In this document: positions 15,701 to 27,700 of the stretch, one piece after another
Numbering within the stretch: the first letter of the stretch is position 1
Layout of the letters: the number at the start of each line of letters is the position of its first letter
NCBI RefSeq assembly: GCF_964204645.1
Contig: NC_134025.1
Location: 8,308,001-8,372,000, forward strand
Length of the DNA: 64,000 nucleotides
Reading direction: 5' to 3'
Source of the DNA: Tubulanus polymorphus
Taxonomy: Eukaryota; Animalia; Nemertea
Notes under the pieces: generated by a model
Told to the model about the DNA's origin: nothing
Databases searched by the model: none
What the model saw: only the letters and a program-made list of their open reading frames with translations
Translations under genes and position numbers: made by a program

Positions 15701-18700
15701 GCCCACTCTGACCGAGGAAGGTCCTGTTGCTCCGAAAGTCATAAAGCCTTTGATGCAGAAAACAGTCTATGAAACCCAGCCTGTTACACTTGAATGCACA
15801 ATTATGGGTAGACCAGAACCAGAAATAACTTGGTATCAGGTATGGATTGATGAATTTGTTTCATGCTAGAAACCAATTCTGATATAACATTATGCACAGC
15901 TGAATTATACTTAATATGCATCAAATCATTTGACAGGATGGAAAGAAAATAACTTCTTCCGAACATTTTGTATTGAAATATACCAGTGGAATTAGTACTC
16001 TGTATATTCCAAAGACAATCCGTAATGATGAAGCTGAATACATGGTAGAGGCAAAAAATCCGCTTGGAAAAGTTACAACTCATGCAGAGTTATTTGTCGA
16101 ACGTAAGTATAAAATATGAATATATGTTTGGGATTACTATATACAAGCACTCTGGTTAAAAATTTTATTATGAACTAGATTAATCTAGTTTTATCTGCAT
16201 TGCATTCATGTAGGTTTTTTAGATGCTAAGACACGCCTTATTCGTGAGGAATATGTAGAAATCGAATGTGAGTTGAACATTGTTTGGCAAAAGATATCTA
16301 AGCCAACCTCTTCTCCAATGAATGGGATGTTACTGGACAGTATTTAGGAGAAATATGTATTGATATAACAATGAACAATCTAATTTGTAATGGATAAAAG
16401 CTTATTCAGTTATATGAAAAGTGGACACTTCATAGATGATTGAGCTCATGCCACCTTCTTTAGGCTTGCGTTTATTTTCTTCAAATAATATCCATGTTAT
16501 CTATAACTGTTATATACTGGTATATGAGGTATTTTTTGTGATCCATGAAATCACTCATTGGCACACAGCACCTTCAATGGGAATAACTTTATCTATCAAA
16601 TGTAGATTATAAATAATGTGATACTTTTGTACTGATGATTTTCCCTAATAATAGGATGTACCTTGTTTAAACTACAACTATATCCAGCCGTATTTCAATC
16701 TAGGAATCATAGGAATTCTGATGAGCAATTATGGAACTTCAGATTTGGAATTAACTGAGATTCCGTGTAACATTACTACTTCAGAATCGTACTTGACAGT
16801 TGAGGCTTAGCAGTTTAATTATATAGAAACAAAAAGATGATTGATGGGTTATCTAGTCAGCAGCCTTTTTAAGTTCCTTGATGCACAGAAGAATAGGTTT
16901 TATTTTTTTCTTATATTTGTTTTCTCAAAAAGTATGTGTGCCAAAGCCCTGTACAATCAGAATGTTGTAGCAGACATCCGAAAGTAAATTTGTTTCAGCA
17001 TTTAATTTATTTGTAATAGATATGCAAAACGTATCAAGATATTTGTATAAAACATCAAAAGTAAACAGGAAAGACAGTTATTTATTCAATGCAATTCATT
17101 ATTCTCCAAAAAGGCCGGTCCTTGTCATTTTGTTAAAAGAAGAATTTCAATTATGAATGAATATTCTATAACCGGTGTTATATGTGGATTCTATGTGCCT
17201 GGATTTTTTCTCTTGTTCACAAATACTGGATTACTATTTCTATTTTGCCTTTTATTCAGCTAGAACATATACATCAAGTATATAATCGCATATTTTCTTT
17301 TTTTTTAAACCGATAGCAGTTTTGATGATTTAATGATATGTGTTATACTTAAGATGATTATGTCATTGGTTTGGTTCACTTAATGCACACATTCGGTTTA
17401 CCATAAAGTCGTGGTACGCTTCATGTGGGCAGAAATTAATCTCTGATTCTTTATAATTTTAGTCCCGATGAAAAGTGAACCGGACCAAGAAGTTGAAGTC
17501 ACCGCAGTTACTGTGGAAGAAAAGCCTGAAGAACTTACCCTCACTCTAGGTTGGGGATCATTTTGTATTGGGGATGCAGGCATGTTGAGTTGGATTTTCG
17601 TTTTTCACATATTTTTCGTGCTGGCTCATACACTGGTAACAATGAACTCCTTGGCCATCTGAAATAGAAAGGAATAGCTACATTTCACTTAGCTATGCAT
17701 AGGATCACTTAACCTTTGAAAGAGACAGTAGCATAAGTATTTCCCATAGGGTGCATGTAAAGTTGCTTTCCATTCATTCCTCTGTGAAATCATCACCATC
17801 CCTGCTAATGTGGGCTTCTCTGTTTTTACTGTGTGGCTTTCATATACTGTATTGTATATGTACCGTCCCAAAACTGCAGTTTGTCTTTTGTATATGTATT
17901 GTTATGATACTGCTTTTTCCACTTAAACATGCAATCCAAGAGTGCATTTCTCTATCATAGATATGGTGTTGGTACTTACTATTGAATGTATACCAATTTA
18001 CATATTGGAAATATAATGCAGCCACCATTTTCAGGGTTAGTTTTGATTGTGAATTTATTATAAAACAACGTCAACTAAATCAACTAGGTTTTTCCTGTAA
18101 ATTTACTTGTCCAGATATATTTTTCTAGATATAGTGTAGTTTAATATGCTAATGTAGATCCATCTTAATCACATCACCACCTTTCATATTACATATCAAA
18201 GCATTCACCATTACATAATTATTCCTTGGTCCCAGACTAACTGAAAGAATCGTGAGGGCCAACTTTTCAAAACTTAAATTGGCCTTCTATGTACTCTTAT
18301 CATTTTTGGCAGCTAGGTTGGGACCACACGTTGCTGTGCCGTGACTTCAATTTCACTGATTTTCAGTGTTATAAAGCCTTCTCTGTGTATAATAAATGCG
18401 TATTCATATAGAAATTTCTGCTCTCCTCTCCATTAAATGATGTGTTATGCTTTCCATTTCTTGACCAGGTTTGGATTTTATCATTTTTATCTGTTGTCAT
18501 CCATGTGACATTTTTTCATATTGTTTGTTTTTATTCATATATCAATGATATATTATTCAACTAATTCTAGTTTGTCAGCTATTCAGCAATAACATTTTAT
18601 GCCACATCTTGCATGAAAAAATTATTAGGAGTCTGTGACGTTGTTTTATATTTGTATATACTTGGTGGGAATACCTGTCGTAAAACATGTCTTGAGCCCT

Positions 18701-21700
18701 AAGCGCCATCAGTAGCAGATCTGATACCACGATAATAACAGCCAATTTGGATAGATGGCGCATGGGCATAGACAAGTGATATCTTAAGCTTGATATTTCT
18801 CATTTGAACTGATGCATTTGTTCTAATGCCTCTGAAATTCCACTTTGATTTCATAGGTAGATTGACCAACTAGCAATCAGTTCGTTAATATTATTCTTAG
18901 AGGAAATATATGCTTATTCGTTCATCAATTCAATATTCACCCCTGGAAATATTTGTGTGTGTCCTGTCTTTGTCTCAAATGGAGCTTTTCGTGTCATGTT
19001 TAGCGCAAATATGCATAGCAAGATTATCACATTTCTCAATAGACCCTTCTAGAAAAGATGGCTGAAAAAATTCCTGATGCAGTTTGACAATATTGATAGC
19101 AGCTATCTATTCTGGAAGCGAAGATAAATAGTCATTCTTATTCCAATCTGCACATTATTGTCAATTTTCTGATTGAATGGAAATATCATTCATCATTGAC
19201 AAAACTTTTCATACATGTAGATCAACTTAAGATTATTTTTTGTATGAGCCAGACAGTTGCATGTAGACTACGAAGAATGCCTAAAACCATTGCAGTACCA
19301 GTATGCTTGCAAGACTTTGATATGATAAAGAATAGGTGACTGCGAGAATTGACTGAAAAGTGCCTTGATATGAATACATATTGGATGATTAATATTTGAA
19401 AATAATATCCTGCAAGTGCATTAAAACCTTGCTAGGTGAACACCTCTCTTTAGTGAACTGTGAACACTTTTTCTGGGGTAAAAGGTCGAATTTACCTCCC
19501 TGAATGAACAGTGGTTATGTGCCAACCTGGCTGATTAGTCAATTGGCCATTTCAAGTCTTGCATTCAGGTCAGCCATTGTTCAAATCTAGCTACCTTAAG
19601 CATATTGTACCTGGTATTTCCATTTACCTGATGAAGTACTATACACTAGCAGCAAAAGCTTGTACTGTTTATAAGAACTAGTTAACTTACTAAGTACTAC
19701 ACATCTTCACGTTTACTATTTAAGTATGTGTGACCATTACTTTCTTAAAAAATTGAAAAGATTGGTAATTTTTACTTAAATGAAAGCCCATTTTGGTCAT
19801 AATATCAGTTAAGCATTTGGCTTAATTTGTAGTTGTGGATTGGTAGGACACTTACGTGTCACCCCATGCTGTATTACATCGTGACCCTCCCTATAGAGAC
19901 CACCTCCAATAGTGAACACTTAGTCCCTCAGGCATTCACTATAGAGAGGTTTTACTGTATGAAAAAGTGCTTTGCATGATATTTTTGTTTTTTATAATTT
20001 TTGATTTGTTGCTAGACTTTAAGGGAAGTTGAAAAATTATAATGTATCCCCTGTATTTTTTGTTTTTTGCAGGTGTATATTTCTTCATAATTTTCATGTG
20101 ATATGTAGCTAACAAGGATGTATTTTTAAGTGTCTCTAATACTGCATGGTCTGTAGGCTATGAGATATTAGTCAGTAAAATATTTGCATGCTCATTTTGT
20201 CAGGTCTGTGTGCGAGATATGTTACATGATGACATTTATTTATCACTTCTGAAGTTAATGCAAGAATCAGCATACACCCTGAAAATATATAATATATCAA
20301 CTTTTTTTCTGGGCCATAATTTTAGATTATAAGAACGTTAAATGTTCAATTCCTTCTGCTAAGTTTAAGTTTTCAAATGGGTACATTGCAACCAAACTCT
20401 GAAAGGATGTATACTGTAGATTAAGTTATATTTTCCCATTTGGCTTGTAGCAGTGGAAGAGGTGGGGCCTGTAGATGTGACCATTGATGTCACTGATGCT
20501 CCTGTTACTGTAGAAACAGTTGCCCAAGGGATCACCATTACCACAGAAGATATCAAACCCAAATTCATCCAACCTCTCAAGGATCTAGACATAGATGAAG
20601 GAAAGCCTGCTTTATTTGAGTGCCAAGTCATTGCATCACCACAACCAGAAATTACTTGGCTTCTCGATGGGGAAGCACTTACCGATACTGCTATCTACAC
20701 AATGGTTTATGAAGATGGTGTTTGTAAGATGACTATTCAAGAGACCTTCCCAGAAGATGAGGGGCAGTACACATGCCAAGCTGTGAATACAATAGGTCAA
20801 GACACTACAAGTTGTGAGCTATATATCAGAGGTAGGTGAACTATTCTCCAATTATACATTTAATAATAGATACATTTTGAAAATGGTATGAAGGAAAAGG
20901 TAATCTAAACATTGATTACTTCTACTTTCTTTTTCTGTTAATTTTGTGTTAAAGTTGTATTTCCAATGATAATTTTGATAATATGATTTGATATAAGCCA
21001 TTAACGTGAAACTAATATACACATTGAAATGGCTGGTTTTTTGTTTATAACACTTTCTCTTCTGCCTATCATCTTTTAACTCAAAATGTGGCATGCAGTT
21101 ATGAAATGTGAACGCAGCAGCAATTGCACAATATCAGCAGCGCTTGTTATCTATTTCAGTTGATATATAGATGATTTCTGCTCATTGTTATTTTCAGTAG
21201 AAAAGCATAATCACACAAATGTTTAATTCAAATAATGTTGCATGTGAATTTGCAGCGTTCCAGTATGCATTGATTTATTCGCAGAAATAATTTCTGCATG
21301 GCGTAAATTAGTGCGCAGCGCATGTCTTTTCAGGAGAATAGGTTATCTTATGTTCTTGACTCACTGCCTTTTGGAGAAATGTGTAAAAAACAGGTGGGCT
21401 TACTTAATGTTATTCATTTGGCATGTTGACAAATTGATTATCTTGTTTCATTCTGTTCTATCATAAATATATGTTTATACAAATTTTTGAAACTATGGAT
21501 TACAAATCGACTCCTAAATACTAAGCTATTTCTGTGACATTTAAGTAATCTGTAGATTTGTGTCTCAATTTCGAAGTTTACTACAATACTACCTTAGACA
21601 CCTACCGGTAGCAAAGCAGAGATGCTAGTTTTCCGGAAATATCCGGAATTCCGGAAATTTAGGATCGCCGATGTCAATTCCGGAAATTCTATGAGAATTC

Positions 21701-24700
21701 CTCGCGGCGACCAGTAATGGCACGGACCGTAAAAGCGTTCGTTTGCTTGTACTCGTCGTCGCTTCTGTGTTATTTTATCTTGGTCTCCGTTTCCGAGGAT
21801 GTTCTGCTACAATGTATATATGTGTGCTTGTGGTGGTATCTGTGCGTGCGTAGGTGGAGTGCCACTGTTGTGACGCCATTTCCAATTATCTTTACGCGCA
21901 GTTGTACATCGTCCCGCTGACGGCCAACAATGTGAAGATGCACGTGGTAATAATTAAGATGATATTTAATAAATATCATCTTAATTATAACCATGCGCGT
22001 GCTATGTCCTGAGGCACGCAGCTTTGTAACTTTCTTTTTGCCTGCAGCTGTCAAGCGGGACGGTCTGCAAAATGAGCACGCACGGAAAGATTGTCAGTCG
22101 GGAGTCGGCCGATATAAAGGCAATTGACAGCGGTATAAAAAATAAATTTAACTGGCACTGGCTAGAGTGTAAGGACAGTAACGGGGACTACTTATCGAAC
22201 TACATTCGTAAGTTAGACTTAGCTGGCGTGGCGTACTGCGTCGTTTGTAAAGACCAGGTCAAATACGGTAGTGGCGGGAAAAAAGATATTCTTCGTCACC
22301 CGGATAGCGCGCGGCATAAGAAGGCAGCGAGAGATGTGAAGCACAACGAATGCCTGCCGTCGTATTTTCAGATGAAAGATGCCGATCGTGATACTGCATC
22401 TCCGGTGATGCAAAAACGCAAAATTTTTCCTGGGGAGAATTTTTCTGACCCCCCGTTCTAAATTCCGGAATTTTGGTACTTTGGCCCTAGCATCTCTGGC
22501 AAAGGTGCTGCCATAGTTTTATTAATTTTAGAATTACCTAAAATTGTTGCATGATATATTGTCTTGTATTAATTGATCTTAAATGCCTAGGTGCAAGACT
22601 CATTCCTGTGGTATCAATTTCCATTAATAGAATTGAACACTTGTCACTCAATAACAACGGGTTATTATATTTTGTACGATAAACCATGATCATATTCTAT
22701 ATTTCTTTTTAAGGATTATCTGAATACAGTGGCGAATCAAGTGAAGAGTCTCAGCCAGAGACCACAGTAAGTAAGGGGTTAGTCTATATAGAGCCCGATG
22801 AAGCATTGACTCATCTGGAAACACTAGCAGTTGACATTGATTCAACTCATCCACTGACTTCTGTTGGCCCAGAAGATGCAACAGTTGGTACTGAACGGAC
22901 TGTTGACATCACGGTTAAAAAAGGAGAAACTGCCCCTTCTGAGACTGTAACACTAGTCGTAGACAAGGCCGATAAGAAACCCAAAAAGGAAACACTTGTT
23001 GGTCCAGAAGAGGTTACAGTTGGTACTGAACAGATTGTTGACATCACGGTAAAAGAAGGAGAAACTGCCCCATCTGAAACTGTGACACTTGTTGTAAATA
23101 AGGCGGATAAGAAGCCCAAAAAGGAAACACTTGTTGGCCCAGAAGATACAACGGTTAGTGCTGAACAGACTGTTGACATCACGGTAAAAGAAGGAGAAAC
23201 TGCCCCATCTGAGACTGTCACACTTGTTGTAGACAAGGCCGATAAGAAACCCAAAAAGGAGACCCTTGTTGGTCCCGAAGATACAACAGTTAGTGTTGAA
23301 CAGACTGTTGACATCACAGTCAAACAGGGAGAAACTGCCCCATCTGAGACTGTCACACTTGTTGTAGACAAGGCCGATAAGAAGCCCAAAAAAGAGACAC
23401 TTGTTGGCCCAGAAGATACAATGGTTAGTGCTGAACAGACTGTTGACATCACAGTAAAGGAAGGAGAAACTGCCCCATCTGAGACTGTCACACTTGTTGT
23501 AGACAAGGCCGATAAGAAACCCAAAAAGGAAACACTTGTTGGTCCAAAAGAGGCAACAGTTGGTACTGAACAGATTGTTGACATCACAGTAAAAGAGGGG
23601 GAAACTGCCCCATCTGAGACTGTCACACTTGTTGTAGACAAGGCCGATAAGAAACCCAAAAAGGAAACACTTGTTGGTCCGAAAGAGGCAACAGTTGGTA
23701 CTGAACAGATTGTTGACATCACAGTAAAAGAGGGGGAAACTGCCCCATCCGAGACTGTCACACTTGTCGTAGACAAGGCCGATAAGAAACCCAAAAAGGA
23801 AACACTTGTTGGCCCAGAAGATACAATGGTTAGTGCTGAACAGACTGTTGACATCACAGTAAAGGAAGGAGAAACTGCCCCATTTGAGACTGTCACACTT
23901 GTTGTAGACAAGGCCGATAAGAAACCCAAAAAGGAAACACTTGTTGGCCCAGAAGATACAATGGTTAGTGCTGAACAGACTGTTGACATCACAGTAAAGG
24001 AAGGAGAAACTGCCCCATCTGAGACTGTCACACTTGTTGTAGACAAGGCCGATAAGAAGCCCAAAAAAGAGACACTTGTTGGCCCAGAAGATACAACGGT
24101 TAGTGCTGAACAGATTGTTGACATCACAGTAAAAGAGGGAGAAACTGCCCCATCTGAGACTGTCACACTTGTTGTAGACAAGGCCGATAAGAAACCCAAA
24201 AAGGAAACACTTGTTGGCCCAGAAGATACAACGGTTAGTGCTGAACTGATTGTTGACATCACAGTAAAGGAAGGAGAAACTGCCCCATCTGAGACTGTCA
24301 CACTTGTTGTAGACAAGGCCGATAAGAAGCCCAAAAAAGAGACACTTGTTGGCCCAGAAGATACAACGGTTAGTGTTGAACAGACTGTTGACATCACAGT
24401 AAAGGAAGGAGAAACTGCCCCATCTGAGACTGTCACACTTGTTGTAGACAAGGCCGATAAGAAGCCCAAAAAAGAGACACTTGTTGGCCCAGAAGATACA
24501 ACGGTTAGTACTGAACAGATTGTTGACATCACGGTAAAAGAGGGAGAAACTGCCCCATCTGAGACTGTCACACTTGTTGTAGACAAGGCCGATAAGAAAC
24601 CCAAAAAGGAAACACTTGTTGGCCCAGAAGATACAATGGTTAGTGCTGAACAGACTGTTGACATCACAGTAAAGGAAGGAAAAACTGCCCCATCTGAGAC

Positions 24701-27700
24701 TGTCACACTTGTTGTAGACAAGGCCGATAAGAAGCCCAAAAAAGAGACACTTGTTGGCCCAGAAGATACAATGGTTAGTGCTGAACAGACTGTTGACATC
24801 ACAGTAAAGGAAGAAGAAACTGCCCCATCTGAGACTGTAACTCTAGATGTAGACAAGGCCGATAAGAAACCCAAAAAGGAGACCCTTGTTGGTCCAGAAG
24901 ATACAACGGTTAGTGCTGAACTGACTGTTGACATCACAGTCAAGGAAGGAGAAACTGCCCCATCTGAGACTGTCACACTTGTTGTAGACAAGGCCGATAA
25001 GAAACCCAAAAAGGAAACACTTGTTGGTCCAAAAGAGGCAACAGTTGGTACTGAACAGATTGTTGACATCACAGTAAAAGAGGGGGAAACTGCCCCATCT
25101 GAGACTGTCACACTTGTTGTAGACAAGGCTGATAAGAAACCCAAAAAGGAAACACTTGTTGGTCCAAAAGAGGCAACAGTTGGTACTGAAGAGATTGTTG
25201 ATATCACAGTAAAAGAAGGAGAAACAGCCCCATCTGAGACTGTCACACTTGTTGTAGACAAGGCCGATAAGAAACCCAAAAAGGAAACACTTGTTCGTCC
25301 AAAAGAGGCAACAGTTGGTACTGAACAGATTGTTGATATCACAGTAAAAGAAGGAGAAACAGCCCCATCTGAGACTGTCACACTTGTTGTAGACAAGGCC
25401 GATAAGAAGCCCAAAAAGGAAACACTTGTTGGTCCAGAAGATACAACGGTTAGTGCTGAACAGACTGTTGACATCACGGTAAAAGAAGGAGAAACTGCCC
25501 CATCTGAGACTGTCACACTTGTTGTAGACAAGGCCGATAAGAAGCCCAAAAAGGAAACACTTGTTGGTCCAGAAGATACAACGGTTAGTGTTGAACAGAC
25601 TGTTGACATCACAATAAAGGAAGGAGAAACTGCCCCATCTGAGACTGTCACACTTGTTGTAGACAAGGCCGATAAGAAACCCAAAAAGGAAACACTTGTT
25701 GGTCCAAAAGAGGCAACAGTTGGTACTGAACAGACTGTTGACATCACTGTAAGGGAAGGAGAAACTGCCCCATCTGAGACTGTCACACTTGGTGTAGAGA
25801 CTGTCACACTTGGTGTAGACAAGGCCGATAAGAAGCCCAAAAAGGAGACCCTTGTTGGTCCAGAAGATACAACAGTTAGTGTTGAACAGACTGTTGACAT
25901 CACAGTCAAACAGGGAGAAACTGCCCCATCTGAGACTATCACACTTGTTGTAGACAAGGCCGATAAGAAACCCAAAAAGGAAACGCTTGTTTGTCCAAAA
26001 GAGGCAACAGTTGGTACTGAACAGACTGTTGACATCACAGTAAGGGAAGGAGAAACTGCCCCATCTGAGACTGTCACACTTGGTGTAGACAAGGCCGATA
26101 AGAAGCCCAAAAGGGAGACCCTTGTTGGCCCAGAAGATACAACGGTTAGTGCTGAACAGACTGTTGACATCACAGTAAAGGAAGGAGAAACTGCCCCATC
26201 TGAGACTGTCACACTTGTTGTAGACAAGGCCGATAAGAAACCCAAAAAGGAAACACTTGTTGGTCCAGAAGAGGCAACAGTTGGTACTGAACAGATTGTT
26301 GACATCACAGTAAAAGAGGGGAAAACTGCCCCATCTGAGACTGTCACACTTGTTGTAGACAAGGCCGATAAGAAGCCCAAAAAGGAGACACTTGTTGGTC
26401 CAGAAGAGACAATAGTTGGTACTGAACAGATTGTTGACATCACGGTAAAAGAACGAGAAACTGCCCCATCTGAGACTGTCACACTTGTTGTAGACAAGGC
26501 CGATAAGAAACCCAAAAAGGAGACAATTGTTGGTCCAGAAGATACAACAGTTAGTGCTGAACAGATTATTGACATCACATTTAAAGAAGGAGAAACTGCC
26601 CCATCTGAAACTGTGACACTTGTTGTAGATAAGGTTGATAAGAAGCCAAAAAAAGAGACACTTGTTGGCCCAGAAGATACAACAGTTAGTGCTGAACAGA
26701 CTGTTGACATTACAGTAAAAGAAGGAGAAACTGCCCCATCTGAAACTGTCACTCTTGTTGTAGACAAGGCGGATAAGAAGCCCAAAAAGGAGACACTTGT
26801 TGGCCCAGAGGAGCCAACAGTTGGCACTGAACAGAGTGTTAACATCACAGTCAAAGAGGGGGAAACTGCCCCATCTGAGACTGTCACACTTGTTGTAGAC
26901 AAGGCCGATAAGAAGCCCAAAAAAGAGACACCTGTTGGCCCAGAGAGTACAACGGTTATTACTGAACAGATTGGCGACATCACAGTAAAAGAAGGAGAAA
27001 CTGCCCCATCTGAGACTGTAATACTAGATGTAGACAAAGCTGATAAGAAGCCCAAAAAGGAGACACTTGTTGGACCAGAAGCTACAACGGTTGGTACTGA
27101 ACAGACTGTTGACATCACTTTGAAAGAAGAAATTGCCCCATCTGAATCAGTTGATTCAACAGACATAATTGAACTTAAACGGCCAGCAATTGGTAAGTAC
27201 ATAAACTTTTTTATTGTAACTGTTAGCTATCAACACCAAATATCTACCTTGCTGTATTGATTGATATTTGCCATAAAGTGTTTTTCAAATATAAACATCA
27301 AGCTTATAACAATCTTTTATGTAGGTGATACCAAGTCAGCTAATTCTAAAATGTCCATAACAACTGCATCCGTCATTTCACATCAACCTGATACCTCTGA
27401 CCTGTTTTCCAAAGAGCCATGTCCTAATAAATTGAGTATCATTGAAATACAAAAAAGAGGGGTAGATTGTGGAGAACCTTTAGGCTCGGTGATTGAGTTG
27501 GGTTTAGACATTTTGGGTAAGAACTTTATTGTATCTGAATCTAGTGATACTGAAATTAAAGAATTTCCTGATAAGCACAGATGTGAAGCATCACTCAAAC
27601 TAAGCGACTATGATGAAAGCTCCGAAATTTTGCCAGTTTTGATCGATGATGATGAGGAACCAAGGAAACAACCATCATTTAAACACCCGAAAGATAGTAA

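Noticed and set aside
17689-18775. Short hydrophobic intronic ORFs (60-70 aa)
   Set aside because: No domain motifs or convincing splice context; typical random ORFs in AT-rich DNA.
22860-27140. Regular array resembling CRISPR or satellite DNA
   Set aside because: No unique spacers; in-frame coding repeat within a spliced eukaryotic exon.
22847-27202. 1451-aa antisense ORF
   Set aside because: Mirror of the 135-nt sense repeat. One stop-free unit propagates through the array, the S/V/T/F composition is the codon complement of E/K/T/D, and it has no independent gene signals.
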